Shown: one piece after another, positions 37,252 through 47,801 of the stretch
Numbering within the stretch: position 1 is the stretch's first letter
Layout: each line of letters opens with the position of its first letter
From: a virus
IMG/VR virus record: IMGVR_UViG_3300014835_000052
DNA: 64,000 nucleotides
Reading direction: 5' to 3' (one strand)
Notes under the pieces: generated by a model
Told to the model about the DNA's origin: nothing
The model's database searches: none
The model's input: only the letters and a program-made list of their open reading frames with translations
Program-made: the position numbers and the translations under genes

Positions 37252-38357
37252 TAGAAATTACCTTTATCTATTAATTCTTTAGTCAATTTAGCAAGCTCTT
37301 TAAATTGCAATGACATTGCTATTTGAGTTGGCATACCATTGGCAAATGATGTAAATCCAGTATTTGCTGGAGCGTAATCTAAATTCATTGCAACCAATAC
37401 TGCAGAAGTATGACCATGTAAATTAGTATTTTCTATACCATTGTGTAAATAACTAATATCAAATTCTGATGGGTAAATGTATAAAAAATTAGTATCATCT
37501 TTAAATTCAGGGTGCATATGGAATTTAAATTTTTGAATAATATTTAATACATTTTGTGCTTCTGTTTCATTTGTTGGTGCAAATAAGAAATTAAATGAAA
37601 ATGATCTTGTATCAACATCTTTAAATACTTGCTCTTTTGATGGATTAGGTGCAACTTTAGCTAATTTAGACAATCCTGGTAATGCAGATAATGCGAAATT
37701 GGCAATAGAATGTCTAACATCATTTGCAGCCACAGCACGATATGGCACTGGCATATTTTCCTCTTCATAATTTGTACTATATGATATTTGTAAATTTGGG
37801 GGCATATGCATCATGATAGTAGTATCTAATCTTTTTACCGGCTTTGAATATTCACCAACTACACCTCCTGCAGCAAAGGCAAGCGGTAAAGGTGTGACAT
37901 TGCCTGCTGCCATAAGAATTGTTCGCACATTACTAAAGAACGCAACCCTTTCAGCAGCCCTTGCAGCAATGGGGTCTATAACCCACGCACGAGCACCAGT
38001 GGGGTCTGTAACCCACGCACCACTATATTGTGGCTGTCTCCACCCAGAAAATGCATCAGAAACGGCTTTAAGACCACCTAATACCCCTAATGCTAATTCT
38101 ACATCTCCAGCACTAATAGGGCCACTATTGGTATTTATTCCGCCTGAATCTGTAGTAGCACCATTTGTAAATTTGGAATCGTTTTGTATATTAATATGAA
38201 ATACTACACAGTTATTGCCATATTGATTCCCCCTAGTATGGTCTGCACTATCTGATTCATTAAGATCAATGGGATACATTAAATTAGTTGTAGTATATAT
38301 GTTGGTATATGGCATACCTACAGTATGTTCTATGGGTATACCGGTATTTGTTGCCAT
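37251..38357 (-). CDS. gp48: baseplate tail tube cap gp48
   Basis: RSFSFNFLFAP.N..EA...I...FKFHMHP. Confidence 0.8.
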   Translation of the reverse strand: MATNTGIPIEHTVGMPYTNIYTTTNLMYPIDLNESDSADHTRGNQYGNNCVVFHINIQNDSKFTNGATTDSGGINTNSGPISAGDVELALGVLGGLKAVSDAFSGWRQPQYSGAWVTDPTGARAWVIDPIAARAAERVAFFSNVRTILMAAGNVTPLPLAFAAGGVVGEYSKPVKRLDTTIMMHMPPNLQISYSTNYEEENMPVPYRAVAANDVRHSIANFALSALPGLSKLAKVAPNPSKEQVFKDVDTRSFSFNFLFAPTNETEAQNVLNIIQKFKFHMHPEFKDDTNFLYIYPSEFDISYLHNGIENTNLHGHTSAVLVAMNLDYAPANTGFTSFANGMPTQIAMSLQFKELAKLTKELIDKGNF

Positions 38358-38388
38358 AAATTCCTCTTTTATTTAACTATATAATGTT

Positions 38389-38396
38389 TATTTATA
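38389..38396 (-). promoter_or_regulatory. T4-type late promoter
   Basis: TATAAATA on the minus strand upstream of gp48. Confidence 0.65.
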
Positions 38397-38407
38397 TAGA
38401 TATTATC

Positions 38408-38875
38408 ATGAAAAAACAAAAGTATCCAAAGCCAAAAAAATGGACACCTAAATATCCAGAAAAGTATGAAGGTGATTTTAATAATATAATAACAAGAAGT
38501 TCTTGGGAGGTAAGGTTCTTAGACTGGTGTGATAATAATTCTAATGTATTATCATATTCCTCCGAGGAAGTTATAGTTCCATATAGATCACCGATTGATA
38601 ATAAACCGCATCGTTATTTTGTAGATGGAAAGATTAAAATAAAAGATAAACTAGGAAATATTAAAATTTATTTGGTAGAGATTAAACCTGTTATTCAATG
38701 TCATCCTCCAAAAAAACCAAAAAGACAAACTAAAGGTTATTTAAACGAGTGTGCCACATTTATGGTAAATCAAACAAAATGGAGTTATGCCAAAGCATAT
38801 GCTAAAGATCGGGGGTGGGAATTTATAGTTCTTACTGAGTATGATCTTGGAATTGCTAAGAGAAAATCTACATAA
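38408..38875 (+). CDS. gp4: head completion nuclease gp4
   Basis: PEKYEGD...RSSWE...SSEEVIVPY.SP.D...HRYF.D, VEIKP, NQTKW. Confidence 0.9.
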   Translation: MKKQKYPKPKKWTPKYPEKYEGDFNNIITRSSWEVRFLDWCDNNSNVLSYSSEEVIVPYRSPIDNKPHRYFVDGKIKIKDKLGNIKIYLVEIKPVIQCHPPKKPKRQTKGYLNECATFMVNQTKWSYAKAYAKDRGWEFIVLTEYDLGIAKRKST

Positions 38876-38901
38876 ATAACTATAAACTATTACGGGATTA
38901 C

Positions 38902-39465
38902 ATGATGAAAGGAGATTTTTTTAAAGAACTTAAAAGCACTGCAAGTGAGAGAATGAAATCTTTTAATTGGTATAGTGAAAAGATCAATCAAATGAAACAA
39001 AAGGGTATGTTATCTATAAAAAATGTTATAGATGCATTTGAAGATTTGCCCACATCTAACATAGAAGTCGGTTCTATGTATATGTTTATGTACAACCCAA
39101 AGTATCGTAAGATTCTTCCCGTTTGGGATGCTTTTCCTATAGTTATACCATTTAGTGTATCTAATGAAACATTCACAGGATTTAATTTCCATTACTTATC
39201 TACACCCCTTAGATGGAGAATGTTACAAGTGCTCATGAATAATCAAGATATAGCAACAAGAAGAAATCTCACACATTATAGTAGAATACAAATGGATTAT
39301 GCTGTTTTAAAAAATTCATCACATATTCCTATATTGAAACCGACTATCCATAGTTATAGATATGACCATGTTATTCCAGTCGCAAAAGGTAAATATATGA
39401 AAGTACACCCTTCTAGTTGGAAATTTACAGTTTTATTGCCTACTCAAGATTTTAGGAGTTATTGA
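38902..39465 (+). CDS. gp2: DNA end protector gp2
   Basis: GSMYMFMYNPK...LP.WD.FP...GFNFHYL. Confidence 0.85.
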   Translation: MMKGDFFKELKSTASERMKSFNWYSEKINQMKQKGMLSIKNVIDAFEDLPTSNIEVGSMYMFMYNPKYRKILPVWDAFPIVIPFSVSNETFTGFNFHYLSTPLRWRMLQVLMNNQDIATRRNLTHYSRIQMDYAVLKNSSHIPILKPTIHSYRYDHVIPVAKGKYMKVHPSSWKFTVLLPTQDFRSY

Positions 39466-40754
39466 TGAGTGAGAAGTCAAAAACATTAGGAAATTTTATA
39501 TCACAGATTAAAAATGTTGGGTTATCAAAATCATCAAGATACGAAGTAACATTTGCATCACCTAAAAGTTTAGCTAATAATAAATTCTTTGCCAATTCAA
39601 AATTGTCTGATTATGTATTACTATGTGACAGAGCAGAATTGCCGGGTACGTCATTTTCTACTGTTGATGTAACACCATATGGAGAAAGCCGAGAAATTGC
39701 AACAAATAGAATATATGACCCTTTAGATCTCACATTCTATGCAGATATTGGTTTGAATATAAAAAAGTTCTTTGACTATTGGATTAATTCTATAATCAAC
39801 CCCATTTCAAATAACCATAGTTATTACGATGACTATGTTACTGACATAACTATTATAGTTTTTGATATACAAGGAAATCCTAGATATAAAGTAGAGCTAT
39901 TAGAAGTATTCCCAAAAAACATCGGATCTATTTCATTGAGTTATGATGACCCAAATATAATGAGAATACCTGTAACAATAATTTACCGTGATTATAGAAT
40001 ATATGACTATTTGCTAGATATGCCAATTGAAACTATTGATCCATCATTGCCTGCATTATCACCATCTACCCATGAGGTGAGCGGTCAGAATTCAATAGAT
40101 CCAAATTCTGGTCCAACAGGATTGCCAAAAGTTGTACCGATTGGAGCAACACCTGGAACACCAGAAATCCCATATAGTCCAGCAACACCTGGAACACCAG
40201 AAATCCCATATAGTCCAGCAACACCTGCTACTCCAACAATTATGAATACACCGACTTATTCTGGTACAAAACCAACACCAATTCTTTCTCATGTTTCGGA
40301 TATTGGTGCTATTGATGTGCATCAATTGTTAGTGGATAATTTTTGGAATATCCGACCTACTACTGGATTGGGTAATACTTTCCCAGAAAATCCAACAGTA
40401 GCAGGTTATAAAGTAATTCCCGGAAGATTATTATTGCCTATACAAATTAAATTGTTACAAACATATCAAAAACAAGGAATATTATTAAGTGACAATTTAA
40501 ATGCAGCTCTTAATAATTCTATCATAGCTGGCGTTCCATCAAAAGGTGATGTATATATAAATATTAAAACATATACAGATGCAATTAATATGTTTAAAGG
40601 TGACCCAGTAGCTAGAGTTTCTAGAGTACCATATCATTATACATTATCCTTGGGTGTTATACCCGGAAGTCTTATCAATCATACAATTCCAAATATTAAA
40701 GTATCAGCAAATCCAGATCCTTCGGACATTATACCACCAGAATATGTATTATGA
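39462..40754 (+). CDS. gp54: tail tube initiator gp54-like with Pro/Thr-rich C-terminal extension
   Basis: RYEV...LCDRAELPG...FFDYW gp19/54 fold; 36-bp tandem repeat at 40145-40227. Confidence 0.7.
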   Translation: MMSEKSKTLGNFISQIKNVGLSKSSRYEVTFASPKSLANNKFFANSKLSDYVLLCDRAELPGTSFSTVDVTPYGESREIATNRIYDPLDLTFYADIGLNIKKFFDYWINSIINPISNNHSYYDDYVTDITIIVFDIQGNPRYKVELLEVFPKNIGSISLSYDDPNIMRIPVTIIYRDYRIYDYLLDMPIETIDPSLPALSPSTHEVSGQNSIDPNSGPTGLPKVVPIGATPGTPEIPYSPATPGTPEIPYSPATPATPTIMNTPTYSGTKPTPILSHVSDIGAIDVHQLLVDNFWNIRPTTGLGNTFPENPTVAGYKVIPGRLLLPIQIKLLQTYQKQGILLSDNLNAALNNSIIAGVPSKGDVYINIKTYTDAINMFKGDPVARVSRVPYHYTLSLGVIPGSLINHTIPNIKVSANPDPSDIIPPEYVL

Positions 40755-41155
40755 ATAATATAGATAAAACATTAAATAATTTATTCAATCTCCCTGTGAT
40801 TGAAGGTGAATTTATGACTGAAAATCAAACGATTATACCTATAAATAATTCATTAGAATCGGATTGTGATAACACTAGAGATAATTTATATCAGTTATTA
40901 CAAACAGGACAAGATGCTTTAGAATCCGCATTGGAAATAGCCAAAGATTCGGAAAATCCAAGAGCGTTTGAGGTGGTAGGAAATCTAATAAAACAATTAT
41001 CAGACATAAACCATCAAATAATAGATATACACGCTAAAAGGCAAAAACTAGAACCAAAAGAAGGAATGACGAATATTACCAATAATAATGCCATTTTTTG
41101 TGGTTCAACTGCGGAATTGAATACTATGATAACTAAATTAACTAAAGGCGAATAA
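40751..41155 (+). CDS. gp16: terminase small subunit-like protein
   Basis: A..SENPRAFEVVG.LIK...NNA.F.GSTAEL motif. Confidence 0.65.
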   Translation: MNNIDKTLNNLFNLPVIEGEFMTENQTIIPINNSLESDCDNTRDNLYQLLQTGQDALESALEIAKDSENPRAFEVVGNLIKQLSDINHQIIDIHAKRQKLEPKEGMTNITNNNAIFCGSTAELNTMITKLTKGE

Positions 41156-41158
41156 ATT

Positions 41159-41872
41159 ATGGCTTTACCAAAACAATCTACTCCAATATATTCTGTTATT
41201 ATTCCATCCACAGATGAAAGAATTAGATTTACACCATTTCTAGTTAAGCAAGAAAAATCATTATTAATTGCTCAACAATCAGAAGATACTATTATAATGT
41301 TAGACACTTTAAAATCTATTATTGAAGAATGTGTAATTGATAAAATTGATATTTCATCATTAGCAATGTTCGATATTGAATATTTAATGCTTCAATTACG
41401 TGCTAGATCAATGGGTGAAATTGTAGAACTATTATTCTCGTGTGATGTATGTGATGACCCCAAAGCGAAGGTGCAAATATCTTTTGATCTTACTAATATA
41501 CAAGTAAAGAAAGACCCTATCCATTCTAAATTAATAAAATTATTTGATAATGTTGGGGTTATGATGAAATATCCAGGAATTAATGATATAAAGAAATACG
41601 AAACATTGGATTTAGAAAATATTGACAATATTTTCACATTAATAATTAATTCTATAGATTATATATACGATGATAAAGAGGTTTTTCATTCTAAAGATCA
41701 AACTAAAGAGGAATTACATGATTTTATTAATAATCTAACACAATTACAATTCCAAAAACTGAGAGAATTCTTTGAAACGATGCCAAAATTAAGGCAAGAT
41801 GTAAGATATACATGCCCAGTATGTAAATTAGATCATAATAAATATTTAGAAGGTATAGACACTTTTTTTTAG
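41159..41872 (+). CDS. gp26: baseplate hub subunit gp26
   Basis: MALPK...PFLVKQEK.LL, DIEYL.L.LRARS.GE, FFETMPKL. Confidence 0.85.
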   Translation: MALPKQSTPIYSVIIPSTDERIRFTPFLVKQEKSLLIAQQSEDTIIMLDTLKSIIEECVIDKIDISSLAMFDIEYLMLQLRARSMGEIVELLFSCDVCDDPKAKVQISFDLTNIQVKKDPIHSKLIKLFDNVGVMMKYPGINDIKKYETLDLENIDNIFTLIINSIDYIYDDKEVFHSKDQTKEELHDFINNLTQLQFQKLREFFETMPKLRQDVRYTCPVCKLDHNKYLEGIDTFF

Positions 41873-41910
41873 TATGCCTTTGTTCTGATACTTTAGCTAA
41901 TTTCTATAGG

Positions 41911-42048
41911 ATGAATTTCGCATTAATGCAATATCACAAATATTCACTAGTTGATATTGAGAATATGATACCATTTGAAAGAGAGATTTATGTCGCTATG
42001 CTGGCTGCATATTTAGATGAAGAGAAACAAAGGCAAGAAACAAAATAA
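41911..42048 (+). CDS. gp51: baseplate hub assembly protein gp51 (frame open from 41863)
   Basis: Manual translation: (CSDTLANFYR)MNFALMQYHKYSLVDIENMIPFEREIY. Confidence 0.8.
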   Translation: MNFALMQYHKYSLVDIENMIPFEREIYVAMLAAYLDEEKQRQETK

Positions 42049-42068
42049 CTTTTTATTAAGGAAAGATA

Positions 42069-45000
42069 ATGCAAGATTTACTTCAAAAACAGGCCAATGC
42101 AATAACGGATACCCGTATAAACCCAACATTTGAAGATAAATCTAACCCTTCAAATAAAATAACAAATTTGGGTAGTATTTCATCAAATATTAGTATTATA
42201 TCCGATAGTATTAAAGAAATACCAAAATTAATAAGAGATGATACTAATTCCACACAAATAGAGTCTGATAAATTAGATAAGTTTAATAATCAGCATATAG
42301 CCGAATTAAAAAAAATATTGATTGCTGTTGAAAAAATATCATTACAACCACACTATATATCTGATACTAAAGAAAGCAATATATCATTACAACCAAAAGT
42401 TTTATCAGTAAAAGACAAATTCAAAAGTATAATAGGTATCAGTAAAAAAATTAATAGATATGATAATACTATTATCAAAAATATCGTTCCTAATATATCT
42501 CCAAAATATAAAGACAGATTGACAGAAAACACCAATCTAGCAGTTAACCCAGTAGCAGTTAACCCAGTAGCAGTTAATCCCACTGTTAATCCAGTAGCAG
42601 TTAATCCCACTGTTAACCCAGTAGCAGTTAATCCCGTAGCAGTTAATCTAGTAGCAGTTAACCCAGTAGCAGTTAACCCAGTAGCAGTTAATCATACTGT
42701 TAACCCAGTAGCAGTTAATCATACAGTTAATCCAGTAGCAGTTAACCCAGTAGCAGTTAACCCAGTAGCAGTTAACCCAGTAGCAGTTAATCCAGTAGCA
42801 GTTAATCCAGTAGCAGTTAATCCAGTAGCAGTTAATCATACTGTTAATCCAGTAGCAACTAATTTATCATCTGTTAAAGAAATAACTCCAAATGTTGATG
42901 CAATGGATAGATCTACAATGTCTATAAAATCAGTCGCTAAATCTCTTATTAAAGATATAAAACCTGCTATCGATAGCAATTTAAATAATTCTCTTGAAAA
43001 TAAATTAGAAGCTGAATCAACCCAACGCAAATTTGAATCTAATGAAATATCATTAATGGAGAATCAAAATAAAATATTAACAGATAGTTTAATTATTCAA
43101 AAGAAGATATTAGAGAAAATGGATTTGTTAAAAAGTGACAATTCACAACAACAGGCAGTATGTTGCTGCGGGGATAATAATACCCCAAAAGGTCTTTTTA
43201 ATAGAGAACCAGTAGAAAAGAAGAAACCTGGTGTTAGTGATAACAAATCAGATAAATTGAGTAAAGATTCTGTAGATAAGGTAAAAAAGAAAAGAATGTC
43301 ATCGGGAAAATTTGGAGCAGCGTTAGATGTTGTATCCACTGCCGCTGATGTTACTTCTATAGCTACAAATAATTCAGGCCAATCTAATGTTATAGAAAAC
43401 ATATCAACTGCGGCAGATCTTGCTTCTACTGCGGCAGATATGATTCCAAATCGCACCCCATCTACAACTGGTACTGGTATATTGGAAAGGGGTACAAAAT
43501 TCTTAAATAAAATTCCCGGAGCTAGTATTGCAAAAAATGCCTTTAGTATGGTTTCAAAAGTGGCAGCCCCACTTGCTATAGCATCTGGAGCTATAGCATC
43601 CGCAGATGTATATAATTCATCATTTGGTGCTGGGGAAAAGGAAGTATTATTAAAATTAGTTAAAGAAAAGGCTATTGATTATAACTTTTCAGATTCGGAA
43701 GTATTAAATTGGAATAAAATAGAATCACTACCCAAAGAAGATTTAGAGAAATTAATTAGTGTAGATAAATTTAATAACATAGATACCAATAGATTTAGAG
43801 AAATAATAAAACAAAAAGATATTAAATCTATAGAAGATCACAAAGTTAAAGATGTCAAAAAAGATAATAACCTCAATTCTACAAGAGAATTGACCCAAGA
43901 AGTAGTTAAGCCAGAAACAACTAAACTAACAAAATCTGATACAATTAAACCAGAAGCGTTAAAAAAACTATCTGAAGAATCTGATGTTAATAGAATAAAA
44001 GATAGATTAGTTACAGAACACATTAAAAAGGGAGACAATGTTGCAGTAATGGATGCAAAATCTATATCAGATACATCATTGTTGAAACCCAAGTCTAATG
44101 AAAATAATGTGCCACATATTTCAGAATTATCTAGGAAAACGTCGATAGCACAACCCGAAGATATTAAGTCTAATAAAGAAAATATAAATGATACTTTCAA
44201 ATATACAGCATATACTCATACAGTAAACTTAAATAGTTCAAATACTGAGGATAGTATTAGACCTTTTGAAGCATCTATAGACATATCAAAACTAGATCAA
44301 AAAATTAAAACTAAATTAGAGAGTATGGTAAATAATACAGCGCCTATGTATTATAATAAACTAGAAAAAAGCTCAATTACAAGTGGTGATTTTGAAAAAT
44401 CAGATAATCATAAAATGGCAATCGCACATGCTGAATCCGATGCTATAAAACAATTATATAAAGACAATAACAACCACCCTATATCTGGGATAAAAATAAA
44501 TAGTAATGTGAGTTCTCATATCATATCTACTCCAGAAGGCATTAAACCAATAGGTATTAAATCAGAAGCTGTTACTCCAGAAGGTATTAAATCAGAAGCT
44601 GTTACTCCAGAAGGTATTAAACCAATAGATATTAAACCAATAGGTATTAAATCAGAAGCTGTTACTCCAGAAGGTATTAAACCAATAGATATTAAACCAG
44701 AAGCTGCTAATGCAAAATTAGAATCATCTTTTGTAGCAGGAATTCATGTTGTAGATGGAAAATCATTAAATCCAGAACAAGTTATGATTACCGATGTTGC
44801 TAAACAGATGGGAAATAAAACTAATCCAAAAATTCAAAAAGGATACGATTTAGCAAAGGGTGTTAATCCTATAAGCATCTTGCCTGAAATAACTCCACAA
44901 TCTATTGAGCCTAAGATTACTCAAGTAAAAAGTGATAACATTTCTAAAATAGATCCAAATGTTGCTAATATTATATATGGGAAATCCGCAGAAAATATAC

Positions 45001-45161
45001 CAAATGGAAAAAATACTGGAGATACTATAATCAATAATAACAATGTAACTACACCTATTAATAATGTGTCCAGTGTGTCGGACAATAGTATGCCATATAG
45101 CATTAGAAATGAAGAATCCTCTATTAATAAATTATTTGCATCAAGATTACAATTCTATTAA
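42069..45161 (+). CDS. gp29-like baseplate hub/tail length determinant
   Basis: Position after gp26/gp51; low-complexity long protein; C-terminal RNEESS motif. Confidence 0.55.
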   Translation: MQDLLQKQANAITDTRINPTFEDKSNPSNKITNLGSISSNISIISDSIKEIPKLIRDDTNSTQIESDKLDKFNNQHIAELKKILIAVEKISLQPHYISDTKESNISLQPKVLSVKDKFKSIIGISKKINRYDNTIIKNIVPNISPKYKDRLTENTNLAVNPVAVNPVAVNPTVNPVAVNPTVNPVAVNPVAVNLVAVNPVAVNPVAVNHTVNPVAVNHTVNPVAVNPVAVNPVAVNPVAVNPVAVNPVAVNPVAVNHTVNPVATNLSSVKEITPNVDAMDRSTMSIKSVAKSLIKDIKPAIDSNLNNSLENKLEAESTQRKFESNEISLMENQNKILTDSLIIQKKILEKMDLLKSDNSQQQAVCCCGDNNTPKGLFNREPVEKKKPGVSDNKSDKLSKDSVDKVKKKRMSSGKFGAALDVVSTAADVTSIATNNSGQSNVIENISTAADLASTAADMIPNRTPSTTGTGILERGTKFLNKIPGASIAKNAFSMVSKVAAPLAIASGAIASADVYNSSFGAGEKEVLLKLVKEKAIDYNFSDSEVLNWNKIESLPKEDLEKLISVDKFNNIDTNRFREIIKQKDIKSIEDHKVKDVKKDNNLNSTRELTQEVVKPETTKLTKSDTIKPEALKKLSEESDVNRIKDRLVTEHIKKGDNVAVMDAKSISDTSLLKPKSNENNVPHISELSRKTSIAQPEDIKSNKENINDTFKYTAYTHTVNLNSSNTEDSIRPFEASIDISKLDQKIKTKLESMVNNTAPMYYNKLEKSSITSGDFEKSDNHKMAIAHAESDAIKQLYKDNNNHPISGIKINSNVSSHIISTPEGIKPIGIKSEAVTPEGIKSEAVTPEGIKPIDIKPIGIKSEAVTPEGIKPIDIKPEAANAKLESSFVAGIHVVDGKSLNPEQVMITDVAKQMGNKTNPKIQKGYDLAKGVNPISILPEITPQSIEPKITQVKSDNISKIDPNVANIIYGKSAENIPNGKNTGDTIINNNNVTTPINNVSSVSDNSMPYSIRNEESSINKLFASRLQFY
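42534..42860 (+). repeat. coding tandem repeat (15/12-bp units, NPVAV/NPTV/NHTV)
   Basis: About 22 units of AA(C/T)CCAGTAGCAGTT and variants. Confidence 0.9.
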
Positions 45162-45163
45162 AC

Positions 45164-45197
45164 AAAAAAAAGGGCATATATTTCTATATACCCTTTT
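45164..45197. terminator. terminator between convergent genes
   Basis: Minus strand AAAAGGGTATATA-GAAA-TATATGCCCTTTTTTTT. Confidence 0.8.
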
Positions 45198-45210
45198 GTA
45201 TTATTTTACA

Positions 45211-46125
45211 TCAATCTGCTTCTGAAATACTTTGAAAATAGGCTAGGATATCTAAATTCTCATCAACCTTTTCAACTGATTTTGGTGAAGGTGCTGGTGA
45301 AGATTTGGGTTCTTCAAAATTAACAGTAGATGCTCGTGATGATAATGCTGAAGCATTAGGAACACTTTGAGTATCTGTATTAAGCACATCTGCTAATTTG
45401 CGACTAAGCTCCTCATAAGTTTTAAATTGTTTACGGGAAATCAATTCTTCTAAATCGTGTCTTTTATTAGCACAAGATATTAATTTATCTTCATCACCAT
45501 CAAATAGTTCTGATTGAGAGTCCCATGTTGATTTGTCATAACTTGGCCATCCATCTACTTGTCTAATTTTGAGTCTGAAATTACAACCTTCCCACCAGTC
45601 AAAAGCATTAATAGGTTTTTCATCTGCAAATGTAGGCTTTGCTAGATCAGTCAAACTGTCAAAGATTTTTTTACCAAATGTAAACAATTTCACTTGGCCA
45701 TCATTTTCTGGATGAGCTGGATCACTAATAACTAGAATATTACAAGTATATTGGAGTCGTCTCTTTTGTTTACGAGCAATTTCTTTATCACTTTCAACAC
45801 CAGAGTTCCAGAGTTTTGCGTTCAATTCGGATAATGGATCAGCTTCCTGAATAGTTGTAAGACTGTTTTCAATATACCAACGACCTGTTGGGCCTTGAAA
45901 TCCATGGTTGTACATTTTAATCCAAGGGATATTATCATCATTAATAGCTGGCAGGAACCTAATAACAGCAGACCCATTTCCAATTTTATCGCGAGTCAAT
46001 TTCCAAAATCTGTCGTCTTTAAAATCTTTAGACGATGTAGGATTAGTTGCTTTTTCAAATTCTGCTGCGATGTTGCTGAAATCAGATTTTCTATTTCTAC
46101 TTGCTCTTAAGCTTTGAATATCCAT
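45211..46125 (-). CDS. gp32: single-stranded DNA-binding protein gp32
   Basis: DDRFWK...GSAVIRFLP...HGFQGPTGRWYIENSL...FGKKIFD; acidic tail. Confidence 0.95.
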   Translation of the reverse strand: MDIQSLRASRNRKSDFSNIAAEFEKATNPTSSKDFKDDRFWKLTRDKIGNGSAVIRFLPAINDDNIPWIKMYNHGFQGPTGRWYIENSLTTIQEADPLSELNAKLWNSGVESDKEIARKQKRRLQYTCNILVISDPAHPENDGQVKLFTFGKKIFDSLTDLAKPTFADEKPINAFDWWEGCNFRLKIRQVDGWPSYDKSTWDSQSELFDGDEDKLISCANKRHDLEELISRKQFKTYEELSRKLADVLNTDTQSVPNASALSSRASTVNFEEPKSSPAPSPKSVEKVDENLDILAYFQSISEAD

Positions 46126-46286
46126 TTATAACTCCAATTGTTTACGATTAATTTACGATTGTACTAACGATTTTTTACTACTTTAAAACTTAGATTTAGT
46201 AATTATATATGCACGATAATACCCTCAGTTTGGCTTATATTGTTGATGATATCATCAACAACTTGAAATCATGTACTACAAAACAC

Positions 46287-46315
46287 ATTATACAGTAAGA
46301 TGTCCTATATGTCAA
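46287..46315 (-). promoter_or_regulatory. perfect sigma70 consensus promoter upstream of gp32
   Basis: TTGACA-17-TATAAT on the minus strand. Confidence 0.85.
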
Positions 46316-46502
46316 GTAATGATATATATATATTTTCACTTTCTCCATATTAAATTTCTTTAATTTAACTATTATCAATAGATTCCTACAGTTTTCTATT
46401 CTTATAAACAGCAATATGTGTAGGAGCATACTAACTCTAGTAATTCTACTATCAATTACAAGGAATCGATGAGACCAAATTCTATGGATGTCACTAAAGC
46501 AT

Positions 46503-47114
46503 CTAATCTATTATTTCGTCGACAAATGGTGATTGTTCAAGAATCAATCGTATCTTATCTTGAGGGTATTTAACAAACCTATCTAGTTTTTTAATTATCA
46601 ACAAATCTTGACCCCATATCATTTTAAGAGTTGTTTCCCACTTTTCAAGGAACGGTATAAACTTGTGTAGAATATATAATGATTCAATACTAATTGCATC
46701 ACCCAAATACATCTTAAATATTTCAGGAATATCTTTGCTGTTATCCAACATATCAAAACAAGAAATATCTTTTTTTTCCATAACTAATAATACTTTGTCT
46801 ATATCATTCTTAAAAGTATTGGTTATACTATGTCTTCTGCGATTCCAAAGAATAAAGTTAGATTCAGAAGATGCTATATTAAATATAGGATCGTTCTTAT
46901 ATGCTCTATTAGACACAAGGAACTGGATTGATTCAGCATCAGTTTCAAACTTTCTAGCAATAGCATTATAGATGTTATAATCTCTTCTTGCTAAAAAGTT
47001 CTCAAGAGATACTCCATTAGTCTTGCCGTTATAGTCAAACAGATTATACTTTTCAGTTGTAAAATGCAATTTTACTGCTCTTTCATATTTAAAAAATGTA
47101 TATCCAGTAATCAT
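46503..47114 (-). CDS. gp59: helicase loader gp59
   Basis: KLHF...KYNLF.YNGK...F..RRD motif; gp33-gp59-gp32 synteny. Confidence 0.8.
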   Translation of the reverse strand: MITGYTFFKYERAVKLHFTTEKYNLFDYNGKTNGVSLENFLARRDYNIYNAIARKFETDAESIQFLVSNRAYKNDPIFNIASSESNFILWNRRRHSITNTFKNDIDKVLLVMEKKDISCFDMLDNSKDIPEIFKMYLGDAISIESLYILHKFIPFLEKWETTLKMIWGQDLLIIKKLDRFVKYPQDKIRLILEQSPFVDEIID

Positions 47115-47380
47115 ATTACATCAGAAGTTGTAAATCTGGGTAGCTTACCTTCTTCTTGTAATTCAATTTCTATTTTATCTTTTAAACATTGACTAATTTG
47201 TGGAACTACTTCTATAGGATCAATAAAATTATCCTTGCAGAATTCAAGAATGGCATCTAATCTAGTAATACGTTTTTGTACTGATAAATTTTCAATAAAG
47301 AATGAAAATTCTAATACATCATCTGCCTTATTGGAATTATTAGGTGTTATTAATTTGTTGATCATATTTGCAATATTCAT
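47111..47380 (-). CDS. gp33: late transcription co-activator gp33
   Basis: FSFFIE...LDAIL.FC..N.I.P...LK.KIE. Confidence 0.8.
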   Translation of the reverse strand: MNIANMINKLITPNNSNKADDVLEFSFFIENLSVQKRITRLDAILEFCKDNFIDPIEVVPQISQCLKDKIEIELQEEGKLPRFTTSDVI

Positions 47381-47393
47381 AAAATCTCCAATG

Positions 47394-47654
47394 TTAAGAC
47401 AATCTGTTGATATAGTAAGTACATGCCCTATAATTATCCATTACAGATATATATTCCTCATATTTATCATTATAAGGTTTTCTTATATCACTATAATAAG
47501 ATGATTTATTTAAAATAGAATTACTGTATGTTAAATTAAAATCTGTAAACCATTTATCTAAAATGTATTTAGATACTTCAATTGAAGATAATATCTTTAT
47601 CAATTTATGTTTTTCTTTTAGAGCATAAAGTATAGATAATTCCTTTATAGTCAT
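47394..47654 (-). CDS. hypothetical protein
   Basis: ORF track, downstream of early promoters. Confidence 0.5.
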   Translation of the reverse strand: MTIKELSILYALKEKHKLIKILSSIEVSKYILDKWFTDFNLTYSNSILNKSSYYSDIRKPYNDKYEEYISVMDNYRACTYYINRLS

Positions 47655-47772
47655 TTTTTAATCCCCTTTAGTGAAAAAACATATTATACACGAATTAGAA
47701 TATTAAACAAGCTTTATTGGAAAATGTTTTAAGAAGAGAAAGCAACTGATCTACTTAACCCACTACAGATAT

Positions 47773-47801
47773 ATTATAAGCTCATTTTGAACAAAAGTCA
47801 A
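47773..47801 (-). promoter_or_regulatory. sigma70-like promoter
   Basis: TTGACT-17-TATAAT on the minus strand. Confidence 0.8.

Noticed and set aside
42534-42860. CRISPR-like array
   Set aside because: Units are contiguous 12-15 bp in-frame coding repeats with no unique spacers.
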